A program made the position numbers and the translations under genes. A stretch of 64,000 nucleotides of DNA from a virus. Location of the stretch: positions 47,963-111,962 of IMG/VR virus record IMGVR_UViG_3300037424_002358; one strand, written 5' to 3'. The notes under the pieces were generated by a model, which saw nothing but the letters and a program-made list of their open reading frames with translations, did no database searches and was not told the origin of the DNA. Each line of letters starts with the position of its first letter. Position 1 is the stretch's first letter. Shown here piece after piece: positions 33,486-42,559 of this stretch.

Positions 33486-34616
33486 TTAATCCTTGTAGGG
33501 GTCATGTTCCCGCGGTCCCGCCATCGCGACGCCGAGCGGATTGAGGCGGTGGACGATCCTGACGGAGGCGGCATGGTGCGCCAGGACGGCATTGAGCCGC
33601 TTGTAGGCCGCGGGTGCCTCATCCACGCCGCCGCCCCGCAGTTCGACGTGGGCGACCTCGGACCGCATGGCATCCTCGGTGATCGTCCGCTTCGCCTGGC
33701 CCCGACTCATCACCCGGCCCGCGCCGTGGACGGTCGAGTAGAGCGCTTCCTTTGCCTCCGGCCCATCCACGCCCTCGAGGATCACAGCCGTCTCGCCCAT
33801 AGTCGCGCCGACGAAGCCGCGCTGACCGGGGAACGCTGGCGTGGCACCCTTGCGGACGACCCACAGCCATATCCCGTCGTGCTGCTCGCGCCATGCGTAG
33901 TTGTGGTGGTTGTGGACCTCCTCGACGATCTTAGCGCCGATGATCCGACCAACTCTCTCGCAGACCCAGTCCCGACCCGCGTACGCGTACACGCCCGCGA
34001 GGCGCATCGCCGCCAGGTAGTCAGTCCCGATGATGCTACTCACGGGCAGGACCAGCGGCTCGACGTGCATCCCGTCCTTCCCGCCGCCCTCGCGCAGGAA
34101 GTGCGTCGCGATCTTGTGGCCGAAGCCCCGCGAGCCGAAGTGGACGCCGATCCACACCCGGTCGAGTTCGTCGGCGAAGATGTCCACATAGTGGTTGCCG
34201 GAGCCGATGGTCCCGAGTTGCTCGCGGGCCATCTGCTTCAGCGGCGCGACGCCGCGGATCGTCCAGGCCTCATGGTCGAAGAGCGGGTCGTCGACCTGCT
34301 CGTTGTTCTTCCGCCCAATCCCGAATGATAACGATCTCCAGATTTCGTCCATGATCTTGCCGATGTCTGGCCGGATGGCCGACGCGACCACATCCAGGCG
34401 GACCGCCTTGTTCCCGCACCCGATGTCGTATCCGACGCCGGAGGGTGAGACCGCGTCTTCGTAGGCCACGACGCCGCCGATCGGGACGGCGTAGCCGAGA
34501 TGATGGTCGGCCATCATGGCAACCCTCGCTGCCCTCGCGCTACAGCGGACGATCTGTTCGAGGGCGCCGGGGTCGACCGGATCACCCCAGACTGGGATGC
34601 CGTTGATGATCTTCAC
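33486..34616 (-). CDS. rtcB: RtcB RNA ligase
   Basis: GYDIGCG, GTIGSGNHY, HFGSRG, HHN, RKGA, HGAGR, DEAP.AYK. Confidence 0.95.
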   Translation of the reverse strand: MKIINGIPVWGDPVDPGALEQIVRCSARAARVAMMADHHLGYAVPIGGVVAYEDAVSPSGVGYDIGCGNKAVRLDVVASAIRPDIGKIMDEIWRSLSFGIGRKNNEQVDDPLFDHEAWTIRGVAPLKQMAREQLGTIGSGNHYVDIFADELDRVWIGVHFGSRGFGHKIATHFLREGGGKDGMHVEPLVLPVSSIIGTDYLAAMRLAGVYAYAGRDWVCERVGRIIGAKIVEEVHNHHNYAWREQHDGIWLWVVRKGATPAFPGQRGFVGATMGETAVILEGVDGPEAKEALYSTVHGAGRVMSRGQAKRTITEDAMRSEVAHVELRGGGVDEAPAAYKRLNAVLAHHAASVRIVHRLNPLGVAMAGPREHDPYKD

Positions 34617-34644
34617 GTCGTGGGTGCCTCCCTATGATGGCATA

Positions 34645-34718
34645 CGGCTGGCGGGGCCAGTTCGATTCCCCAACGAAGGTCCCCGGATCGGGACTCTCCG
34701 CCCGTAACCCGCCAGCCG
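34645..34718. other. Structured intergenic element upstream of rtcB
   Basis: 11-bp closing stem CGGCTGGCGGG/CCCGCCAGCCG enclosing a GTCCC/GGGAC stem. Confidence 0.4.
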
Positions 34719-34727
34719 CGGGCGGAT

Positions 34728-34916
34728 TCAGAATTCCTCGTCGTCCCGGTACAGCGGAACGACCGCCGGGATGCTACGCTCTCTGGCGACTTCCTCGGGC
34801 CAGAGTTCCTCGATCCACACGCACAGCCGCGCCAACTGGAGCGAAGACAGTATTTCCGCTCTGTCGTGGCGTAACTTCAACTCTCCCCTGTCGTCGAGCC
34901 GCTTTTCGAGTCTCAT
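34728..34916 (-). CDS. Hypothetical protein
   Basis: MRLEKRL..., GAGG upstream. Confidence 0.5.
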   Translation of the reverse strand: MRLEKRLDDRGELKLRHDRAEILSSLQLARLCVWIEELWPEEVARERSIPAVVPLYRDDEEF

Positions 34917-35305
34917 GGCTTCCTCTCCCAGACCTCGACCGGCATTCGTAGCCCCCGGTCCCACTCCTGCTTGCGCCGGAAGCGCTTGTGCCGCAGGATG
35001 GCCGTCATCGCCAGCAGCGGAGTCGGCACCCGCACAGTATAGCCCCGCCCCCACAGATTGTTGAGGAGCGCCGAGAAATGCCCCTGGCCGGGTTGCAGCG
35101 ACTCGACGTTACAGACGTAGATGACGTGGCCGAAGCGCCACATCCAACCCGAGAAGTGATCGGTCAGGAAGCCGAGTTCGTCGGCGATGGGGTTGCCTAG
35201 CGGCAGATATTCGCCGCCGTATTCGTGGTCCGTTCTAAGGAATGGCGGCACCGCGCCGTACGGAGACGCGAACCATCCGGGGATCGGTGCGGGCGTCAGG
35301 GTCAC
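34913..35305 (-). CDS. Hypothetical, possible GNAT-like fold
   Basis: V.SLQPGQGHFSALL resembles an acetyl-CoA-binding loop. Confidence 0.4.
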   Translation of the reverse strand: MTLTPAPIPGWFASPYGAVPPFLRTDHEYGGEYLPLGNPIADELGFLTDHFSGWMWRFGHVIYVCNVESLQPGQGHFSALLNNLWGRGYTVRVPTPLLAMTAILRHKRFRRKQEWDRGLRMPVEVWERKP

Positions 35306-35580
35306 GGCGTGCCCTCCTCCAACACGTGCAGGACCCAGGTGTCGCGCACTAGGACCGTGCCGAGGTAGCGACACCCCGGAGGGATGGCCTGGCCCGTCCC
35401 GATGATAAAGCCAGCCCACGCGACGGTCGGCCTGTCGGGGTCCACATCCGCCCACAGGCACACGTGTTCCTCTTGTATCCCGACGAACAGCGGCCTCATC
35501 CCGGCTGGCACCTGGAGACTTACGGCGCGCGGCAGGCGGTCGGGTATCCCGCTGAGGGGAAACTTGCAGACCTCCCTCAT
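35302..35580 (-). CDS. Small conserved phage protein, paralog of 3171..3458
   Basis: KFPL...VGIQ...CLWA.VD...GTG..IP...YLGT...HV. Confidence 0.65.
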   Translation of the reverse strand: MREVCKFPLSGIPDRLPRAVSLQVPAGMRPLFVGIQEEHVCLWADVDPDRPTVAWAGFIIGTGQAIPPGCRYLGTVLVRDTWVLHVLEEGTP

Positions 35581-35957
35581 GGGCGCACGGGGAATGGCAG
35601 GAGCCGGGTCGTCATGATCTCCTGCCGCACCTTTGCGACAACGGCCATAGCGATCATCTCCCTTTCGTCCAGACTGCCCATAAGAACCTCAGGCGCGAAC
35701 TCGACATGGACGGCAAGCGTTAGATGCTCAGGCCCTATAGGCAAGTCGAAACGAACGCGGGCAAGGTCGCCAGCGAGGAGGGACATTGCCTTCTCCATGC
35801 GGCCAATCTCGTCCTGCATCCGCACACGTCCGGCCTGACAGCCAGCGAGGTCGCACGCGAGCGCGTCGAACCGCCTCCGGCTGACAAAAGGCAGCACGAT
35901 ACGAGCCGTCCGCTTCGCCTTCCACCTGCGTTGCCGTTGCCACTTGGCTAGGTCCAT
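35577..35957 (-). CDS. Hypothetical protein
   Basis: GAGGAG RBS; coupled ORF. Confidence 0.55.
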   Translation of the reverse strand: MDLAKWQRQRRWKAKRTARIVLPFVSRRRFDALACDLAGCQAGRVRMQDEIGRMEKAMSLLAGDLARVRFDLPIGPEHLTLAVHVEFAPEVLMGSLDEREMIAMAVVAKVRQEIMTTRLLPFPVRP

Positions 35958-35969
35958 GTTCTCCTCCTC

Positions 35970-36293
35970 TCAGTCCACCGGCGCGCCGCACTGACCGCAG
36001 GCGCAAAAGCGGGCCGCCCACTGCCCGCAATGCTGGCACTTGACGACGGCCTTGGCGCAGTGGTCGCCGTACATCTTGTCCATGATCGCCCCAACGAGGT
36101 CCTCAATGGGCGGCTGCTGACCGAGACTATCAGGCTCATGAATGGATGCTTGCGCCGGAGTTCCCGAGGCGACAGCCCATTCCCCCTCCAGCATTCGTAT
36201 CACCTGCGGAGTCATCGGGCTACCGGAGATGAGCGGCGGGCCCTCGTAGACCCTGATCTCAGGGTAGGGCCAGGAGACGAGTTTGGGTGCCAT
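35970..36293 (-). CDS. Hypothetical with C-terminal Zn ribbon
   Basis: CQHCG...CGQCGAP. Confidence 0.55.
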   Translation of the reverse strand: MAPKLVSWPYPEIRVYEGPPLISGSPMTPQVIRMLEGEWAVASGTPAQASIHEPDSLGQQPPIEDLVGAIMDKMYGDHCAKAVVKCQHCGQWAARFCACGQCGAPVD

Positions 36294-36408
36294 CACGGTG
36301 TCCAACGAGCCACCTCCAAAGCGAATATCAGGATCAGCGAGAAGACCGCGCCGCCGGCGGCGAGGATCAGGACCATCAAAGGCCCGCACCATGGCTTCTG
36401 GTCATCGT

Positions 36409-37284
36409 TCATATCCTGCCCCTCTCATCAATCGTGCCAGCCTCAAGCGCTGCCAGCATGAGGTTCCGGGCACGGCGGATCAGCGCCAGGAGATGCTCGC
36501 CCCGCCAGTAAGATGGGAACGAGTCGGGCTTCCTCTCGTGCACCCGCTCCACAATCTGTCCGAGCAGGTCGGCGACGTGGACGGCCTCGCGCTCGTCGCG
36601 GCCGTGGCGCCGAAGCAGGGCGGCGACAAGGTCCCGCCGCATGCGACTCTGGAAGGTCGTCGTCGGGGGTTTGACAATCCTCAGGCGGTTCGACCACGCG
36701 TACATCAGGCCGTCGGCCTCCGGCACCTCGCCCTTCTTGACCAGTCCTCGGGGGCAGACCCAGATGAATTCGTCGACCACGCTGCGCAATTCTCGGTTCT
36801 TCTTGGGATCGGCCATCTCGCGCTTCCAATCGCTCCTGCTCACCTTGATCTCGTAGGCCGTGACCCTGTACGGGCGGTACAGTCCGAAGGCGACGGCATC
36901 GGCGACATCGCCCACGACGGTGAAGTTCACCGCCAGGAAGGATGCGGGTTCCACATGGCGGCGGCGTAGCAGTCCGACGATCTGCGCAGCGGTCATCGCC
37001 GGCTTCTCTGTCGGCGGCGAGACGAAAGCGCGCTCAGGCAATCTTTCCAGGATGCGCCTTCCCCCCTCCGTGAGCCGGAACTTAGGGGGCGACCACCGGA
37101 CGGGGTCGGGCGGAACGGCCTCAATCCACTGAGTCGCCAGAAGAATGCTCATGGACTGCCTCGGCACGAGGCGATACACCGTCTCGTCCGTGCGAAGGCT
37201 ACACCTCTTCCCGTAGAGGCTGAGGTAGCAGCCCTCACCCGCCAACTGCCGAAGCACTCGGGCCTGGAACGGCGTCGGCCTCAT
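36409..37284 (-). CDS. MmcB-like PD-(D/E)xK nuclease domain protein
   Basis: ADAVA...YEIKVSRSDW..E...K...E+P...GL. Confidence 0.75.
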   Translation of the reverse strand: MRPTPFQARVLRQLAGEGCYLSLYGKRCSLRTDETVYRLVPRQSMSILLATQWIEAVPPDPVRWSPPKFRLTEGGRRILERLPERAFVSPPTEKPAMTAAQIVGLLRRRHVEPASFLAVNFTVVGDVADAVAFGLYRPYRVTAYEIKVSRSDWKREMADPKKNRELRSVVDEFIWVCPRGLVKKGEVPEADGLMYAWSNRLRIVKPPTTTFQSRMRRDLVAALLRRHGRDEREAVHVADLLGQIVERVHERKPDSFPSYWRGEHLLALIRRARNLMLAALEAGTIDERGRI

Positions 37285-37532
37285 TCGGTCCCGCGCCAGT
37301 ACCGTAGGATGGCGTCCCCGACCGCATGGGCACCATAGGCCAGGAAGCCCAGGCCAACCAGAACAAACACCCCGACGAACCACCACATGTACAGGTCGAC
37401 GTACCTCGCGAGTAGCGGTGCCGTCGGGTAGTCAATTATCGGCCCTATAAGGGCGCGGCCGATGATCGACGGCAAGAGAATGATCGGCGCCCCGACTGCG
37501 AACGCCATGGCATGCCTCAGGATACGTCTCAT
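37281..37532 (-). CDS. Small membrane protein
   Basis: Two hydrophobic segments. Confidence 0.55.
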   Translation of the reverse strand: MRRILRHAMAFAVGAPIILLPSIIGRALIGPIIDYPTAPLLARYVDLYMWWFVGVFVLVGLGFLAYGAHAVGDAILRYWRGTE

Positions 37533-39307
37533 CTGAAGATCTCCAGGTTCGCCTTCACGAAGCCGCCCTCCTCGACGACGAGGTAGAACGACTTGAGTCG
37601 GCCAAGGTAGGTTGAAAACGTCCCTCCAGACCGGGAGATTCCAGCCCGCTCACCGAGTTCGCCGCGGGCCATGCCCTTGGGATAGACAGCGATAAGGCTG
37701 GCCAGCATCGCCCGTTCACCCTGACGTAGCCGGTTGCGGCCACCGACCTCCCTCGACCACAACTCTGTCAGTTGCTCCGCGGACTGCGGGATGGAAACCC
37801 CGCGGTCCTCCATGTTAAGCGCATCGTGGGTCGCGTAGAGATAGCCGTCGGCCTCGCCGACGAGGCCCTTGGCCTTCAGGACGCCGAGGTATGTTGAGAA
37901 TGTCCCGCCCTTGCGGGCGATGCCGGCGAGCATCCCGGTCTCGGCCCGGCTGAGTGACCGCGGGTGATAGCGCACGAGCGCCTGTAGCATCCGGCGCTCA
38001 CCGTAACGCAACCCGCGCATATCGTTCGAGGGTTTGGGCCCGGTGACGCGTGGCACGCTCTTGCCCCCTTCCGATGGCGGTCGCCCCGACGGATCGACCT
38101 GCGCGGACTGAATCCCTTTCAACGCCCGGTCCATGCTCTGCTGCACATCGGATGCGGCGCGGGCGTAGGATTCGGCGCTTGTTGCTAGGTCCTCAGCCAC
38201 AGACCGAAGGAGCGTCCCGTGCTCCTGGAGTTTGGCCGCGATATCCTGCGCCCTCTCCTGGCCCTCGTCCAACTTCGCCGCGACGTTGTCATCCAGGATC
38301 GGCACGGGCACGCGGACCTGCACCGCCGACGGCTTGGGCTTCTGAGCCTTGAGGTCGGCGACGAGGCGTTCCAGGTCAGCCACGCGCCGCTTCAACTCCT
38401 TCGGGTCCTCAGCCTTCGCCCGCTCGATCGTCTGCGACATCTTGACCTGGAATGCGGCCAGATCGACGTCGGCAAGCGTGGATGCCTTCCGCTGGCTCCT
38501 GGCCCCAACCTTGGGCGTCGCACCAGAGTCGAAGGTCCGCGGCATGTCAATCTGGACACGCTTCATGATCTTGAACGACTCGGGGGACCAGACCCACGCC
38601 TCGCCGTCGGCCAGTGAGGGCAGGGAGGCCAGTGCCTCCTTCTTTAGGTCGTGGAACTCGAACCAGTCCTCGATGACGTGGCGGGCTCGGGGTCCGGTGG
38701 TGCGCATGGCGATCATCGTCCCGGTCATCTCGAGGACAGCCTTGTTGAGGCCCTGCGTCCGGTTGGTAATCATGGTGCAGCCGAGTCCGTTGGCCCGGCC
38801 CCGGCGGATCACATCCTCGAAGGCCCGGAACAGCCTCGCCTTCTCGGCGTAGATGTTCTGCGGGATGTAGTCGTCGGCCTCTTCGAGGAAGAGATGCAGC
38901 GGCTCCTCGTTCCGTCGGTACAGCCGCTTGCAGAACTCCGTCAGAAAGTGGACCTTGTCGGCCTCGGTGGGGAATAGCCAGAGATCGAGGATGCACGACA
39001 GGCGCGAGTCGACGATGAGGTCGGCGACGAGCGCACCCGCGTCACGTTCGAGCGGGATGTCGCCGTGGCGCCCGCCCAGGATGGGAATGGGAATGCCAGG
39101 GGCTTTACCGTCCGCCGAGGAGCGGAGGCCGAACCACTTGCCTACGGGGTCGACGGCGACGAACGGTAGCCCGTTCGCATACATCTGCTCGGCCATCCGC
39201 CGGCCCGTCGCCGATTTCCCTGCCCCCCGCATGCCCACGATGGCGAACGTGTCCGTCGCCGCATCGAGGGGGAGCGTCAGGCCGTCACCCAGACGCAACC
39301 CTTTCAT
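37529..39307 (-). CDS. HerA/FtsK-like P-loop ATPase (DUF87-type) with coiled coil and two C-terminal wHTH repeats
   Basis: GMRGAGKS, LFLEEAD, RRGR..G; duplicated LR.GER.ML..L....P...GGTFSTYLG.LK. Confidence 0.8.
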   Translation of the reverse strand: MKGLRLGDGLTLPLDAATDTFAIVGMRGAGKSATGRRMAEQMYANGLPFVAVDPVGKWFGLRSSADGKAPGIPIPILGGRHGDIPLERDAGALVADLIVDSRLSCILDLWLFPTEADKVHFLTEFCKRLYRRNEEPLHLFLEEADDYIPQNIYAEKARLFRAFEDVIRRGRANGLGCTMITNRTQGLNKAVLEMTGTMIAMRTTGPRARHVIEDWFEFHDLKKEALASLPSLADGEAWVWSPESFKIMKRVQIDMPRTFDSGATPKVGARSQRKASTLADVDLAAFQVKMSQTIERAKAEDPKELKRRVADLERLVADLKAQKPKPSAVQVRVPVPILDDNVAAKLDEGQERAQDIAAKLQEHGTLLRSVAEDLATSAESYARAASDVQQSMDRALKGIQSAQVDPSGRPPSEGGKSVPRVTGPKPSNDMRGLRYGERRMLQALVRYHPRSLSRAETGMLAGIARKGGTFSTYLGVLKAKGLVGEADGYLYATHDALNMEDRGVSIPQSAEQLTELWSREVGGRNRLRQGERAMLASLIAVYPKGMARGELGERAGISRSGGTFSTYLGRLKSFYLVVEEGGFVKANLEIFR

Positions 39308-39345
39308 AGACCTCTCCTCTGTCAGGGGCGAAGCGTGCTTCGTCC

Positions 39346-39504
39346 CTATGCGTTTCGGTCGAACACTCGAAGACAGCGCAGGCAGTAGGCCGTGCGGTAG
39401 GTCTCATCGAACATGCGATGCCCGACGAGCCAACACGCCAAGCGTCGTAGCCATCGTCCCCGCGCCCGCTGCGTCCCCCATGCGTCCGTTGCTTTGTATG
39501 CCAC
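39346..39504 (-). CDS. Small C..GH...CxxC protein (52 aa)
   Basis: Hand-translated: RLACWLVGHR...YCLRC; GGAG upstream. Confidence 0.5.
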   Translation of the reverse strand: MAYKATDAWGTQRARGRWLRRLACWLVGHRMFDETYRTAYCLRCLRVFDRNA

Positions 39505-39516
39505 CCTATCTCCTCC

Positions 39517-39894
39517 CTACTCGATCAAACCTTCCAGGTCCTTCCGGCGCTGCCAGTCAACGATCCCACCGCCCTCGCGGGACCAGACCTCCAGGACGGC
39601 CAGGTCCTCGCAGTTCATGGTATCACCGCCCCTGTCGCAGTTGTGGCGGGGCGGGTCGCCATAGTGCAACTTCTTGGGATTGCCCATCGTGTGGAAGAAG
39701 CCGTCGTCGTGCATCTCTACGTCGAACTTCATCTGGCAGGACTGGCATTGGATGCGTAGCAGAACCACGATGTGCGCGTAAATGTTCGGGCAGTGCGCCG
39801 GCTCGAAGGGGCCGTAGCGGGGCGTGCCGTTCTGGTCGTACCAGGCCGGTTCCTCGACGATCCGCCCGGTGATGTCCTCATACTGCGCGTTCAT
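39517..39894 (-). CDS. Conserved hypothetical phage protein
   Basis: Y.DI..RI..EP.W.D..G.PRY..F.P; LHYGDPPRH. Confidence 0.65.
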   Translation of the reverse strand: MNAQYEDITGRIVEEPAWYDQNGTPRYGPFEPAHCPNIYAHIVVLLRIQCQSCQMKFDVEMHDDGFFHTMGNPKKLHYGDPPRHNCDRGGDTMNCEDLAVLEVWSREGGGIVDWQRRKDLEGLIE

Positions 39895-40598
39895 TCGCTC
39901 GCCTCCGGTGCCGCCCGCTTTCGCCCGAGAGCGCGCCCCTGATAATGGCGAACGAAGGAGGACAACTTGCGGTCCAACTCGTTGTACTGCGAGTGGAGCA
40001 CCTCGTACGCGCGCCAGGGTGGCGATGACACGCGGCACGCTTGCCGGACCATCGCCCACAACTCCTCAGGCGGCTTTCCGTGCGGGTCGAAGACAACTCC
40101 GGCGGCAGCATGGCGGCGCAAATCGCTCTCCATGTCGTCGTAGCGGGCGTGGAGCGCGGTCATTGCCTCGGTAGCCCTTTGGGACTGGAAGCAGGCCTCC
40201 GTCACAGCGGCCCACAATTCCTCGGAGCGGTCCGGGACCTCGCCGCTCAGGCTGTTCAGGGCGGGGTTTTGGGCCTGCCCCTCCGTATTGATGATCCGGT
40301 CGATCTCGGCCGCAATGAGCGCGCCCGCACGTTCCAGGTTACGAATCGGAGACTTGGGCTTCCACCACTTGTCGTGCCACGGCCAGAAAGAAGCCTTGGT
40401 CACCGCGAAGTCATCTAGGTCGAACGACCCGGCTCCACCGCGCAGGCCAAGCAAGGCATGGAGCGCATAGACCACCGCCGCGCTCACAAGCGTGCCTGCT
40501 TTGTAGGCCATGTCATGCGCAGGGTGGAAGCCCTCTTCTCCGATTTGTCGTCTCCGCTCAACGGCAATCCTGTCGGCTCCCGCATTGCTCGTCATCAT
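39891..40598 (-). CDS. Conserved phage protein (ER.RQ...WPW..WWKP...L..AGALI.AEI.R family)
   Basis: Motif pattern common in phage hypotheticals. Confidence 0.65.
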   Translation of the reverse strand: MMTSNAGADRIAVERRRQIGEEGFHPAHDMAYKAGTLVSAAVVYALHALLGLRGGAGSFDLDDFAVTKASFWPWHDKWWKPKSPIRNLERAGALIAAEIDRIINTEGQAQNPALNSLSGEVPDRSEELWAAVTEACFQSQRATEAMTALHARYDDMESDLRRHAAAGVVFDPHGKPPEELWAMVRQACRVSSPPWRAYEVLHSQYNELDRKLSSFVRHYQGRALGRKRAAPEASE

Positions 40599-42559
40599 GA
40601 TCTCCTCTCCTTGTCTGCCGCGTGCACCGCCATAAGTCTGCGCCCGATCCATTCCGCCACCGGGACCGTGACAGCGTTCCCCAACATCCTATACCGCGCG
40701 GAATCGCTGATCTTCTTGCCGTCGGCGCCGTGCGCGGTCCAGTCGTCCGGGAAGCCTTGTAGCCGCTCACATTCCCGAGGCGTCAGCCGCCGGACGAAGC
40801 CTGTCGTCCGGCGCTGCGTGACCTCCGACGCCTGACTCGGGCCGCCTTCGAGCACGGCGGGGTAACCCTGCCCTGGCTTGCCTCCGCCGGCTGTCATCTG
40901 GCGCAGGTAGGGCGTGAGGCGCAGTTCGTGCCGCTGGTTCTCGCTGACGCCCTGCGGTTCCTCCGGCAGTTCGACGACGCCGGCGACCTGGTTCGACAGT
41001 CGGGCGTCGGAGGCTTGTAGCGTCGGGGCCGTCTCATCGTCCACATCAGCCGACCGACCGTCCACATGGAAGGCGGCGACTGTCCGGCTGCTCGACCTCA
41101 GGGGCGGCGGCGTTTCGGTGATCTTGGCGCCATCAGTCTCACCCATGCGATCCGAGAACGCGCCGATCACGAGGTTCTGGTCGTCCTCGCCGCCGCGTCC
41201 GGGGATGCCGACGCCCTCAGAATGCTGGCGCGATCTCAGCGTGCTCGCCTGCTCATCCGCTGGCTGGACCACGAAGGTGTCCTGGTTCTCGCGCCCTGAG
41301 CCGAACTTTGAGCCTACGCCCTGGACAGCGTAGGCGGGGTCGGGCACGGCGATGATGTGACCAGCGTCGACGCCTTGGTTCGTATGGAAATTCCCGGCGT
41401 CGTGGCTCTTCGGCCCCGCGTTGGGGGCGATGGGTCCAACGACCTCGGGTGCCACGGCCAGAAGCGGCGCGCCGTCACCCTTGCCGCTCCTGCCAGACTC
41501 GGCCTTCAGGGGCGGGACAACTTCGTCGGGCTGCCCGCGGTCATTCCGGGCGATGCGCGCCTCGAAGACGACGGGCGTGTAGTCGGTGACCCGGTTCATG
41601 TGGTCGCCCACGAGCGCCGCGGCCTCACCGTCCCCGATGCCGCGTGCGTCGACGACGAATGTTCCCCGGTCGGTCCCGCTCGGCTTGCCGTGTGTGGTGC
41701 CTCCAGTCTCGCCGCCCCGAAGCGTGCCAGCCACGCCCGCGTGCGACTGCGAGTTCAGGGCGAAGGACACGCCGTCCTCGTCGGCGTTCGGATCGCCCTG
41801 ACCGTTGTCGAAGGCGACGACGGACTCCGGCGGAGCCGCGGTTGTTTCAACGATAAGCGGCGCGCCCTTGTTCGCGCCAGGATCGTCGCCGCCACCGACG
41901 CGGGCAAGGGCGCGAGACACATCGGGCACTACGCCTTCTCCGCGTGGCGCACCACCGCTTCCAGGGCCGTCAGCAGCGCCGGGGGAAGCGCTCGGCCGCG
42001 CTTGGCGGCTCGGCGGAGAATCCCCGCGCAGGCTTTCGGACTCAAGTAGTACCTCGACGCAACCGTAGTCTCCAAGACTTCCGACAATGAAGACGCGGTC
42101 GCGCCTTTGGGGAACTCCGAAGTATTGAGAGTCCAGAATCCGCCAGGCAGCGTGATACCCGAGTTCTTCCAGCCCTCGAAGGACGACGGTAAAGTCCCCG
42201 CCTTCATTAGAGGAGTGCAGGCCGGGGACGTTTTCGATAAGACACCAGCGCGGCCTAACAACTTCAAGAACTCGATGGAACTCGAACCAAAGTCCAGACC
42301 GCTCTCCAGCAAGGCCCTCACGTCTTCCGGCGACAGAGAGGTCCTGGCATGGGAACCCACCGCAAACAAGGTCAACTGGTCCAACGGCATCTCCTTGCAA
42401 TGTCCGCACGTCCCCATGAATCGGCACGTCGGGCCAGCGCGCCTTCAGCACGTCCTGGCAGGCGGGGTCTATTTCGACGTGCATCATCGGCTGCATGCCC
42501 GCCCGGTCGAGGCCGAGATCGAAGCCGCCGATCCCGGAGAAGAGGGACAGGTACCTCAC
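40595..42559 (-). CDS. C5 cytosine DNA methyltransferase (alpha subunit) with expanded variable region
   Basis: SLFSGIGG, GGFPCQD, ENVPG, PQRRDRVF, RRLTPRECERLQGFPD, GNAV. Confidence 0.95.
   Translation of the reverse strand: MRYLSLFSGIGGFDLGLDRAGMQPMMHVEIDPACQDVLKARWPDVPIHGDVRTLQGDAVGPVDLVCGGFPCQDLSVAGRREGLAGERSGLWFEFHRVLEVVRPRWCLIENVPGLHSSNEGGDFTVVLRGLEELGYHAAWRILDSQYFGVPQRRDRVFIVGSLGDYGCVEVLLESESLRGDSPPSRQARPSASPGAADGPGSGGAPRGEGVVPDVSRALARVGGGDDPGANKGAPLIVETTAAPPESVVAFDNGQGDPNADEDGVSFALNSQSHAGVAGTLRGGETGGTTHGKPSGTDRGTFVVDARGIGDGEAAALVGDHMNRVTDYTPVVFEARIARNDRGQPDEVVPPLKAESGRSGKGDGAPLLAVAPEVVGPIAPNAGPKSHDAGNFHTNQGVDAGHIIAVPDPAYAVQGVGSKFGSGRENQDTFVVQPADEQASTLRSRQHSEGVGIPGRGGEDDQNLVIGAFSDRMGETDGAKITETPPPLRSSSRTVAAFHVDGRSADVDDETAPTLQASDARLSNQVAGVVELPEEPQGVSENQRHELRLTPYLRQMTAGGGKPGQGYPAVLEGGPSQASEVTQRRTTGFVRRLTPRECERLQGFPDDWTAHGADGKKISDSARYRMLGNAVTVPVAEWIGRRLMAVHAADKERRS
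41929..42390 (-). CDS. Nested alternative-frame MTase small (beta) subunit, M.EcoHK31I-beta-like
   Basis: Entirely inside the C5 MTase in another frame; SSLSEVLE...RYYLSPKACAGILRRA..RG..LP. Confidence 0.7.
   Translation of the reverse strand: MPLDQLTLFAVGSHARTSLSPEDVRALLESGLDFGSSSIEFLKLLGRAGVLSKTSPACTPLMKAGTLPSSFEGWKNSGITLPGGFWTLNTSEFPKGATASSLSEVLETTVASRYYLSPKACAGILRRAAKRGRALPPALLTALEAVVRHAEKA

Noticed and set aside
34645-34718. Canonical tRNA gene
   Set aside because: GTTCGATTC is present, but the flanks do not form a T-stem and there are no D or anticodon arms in the right order.
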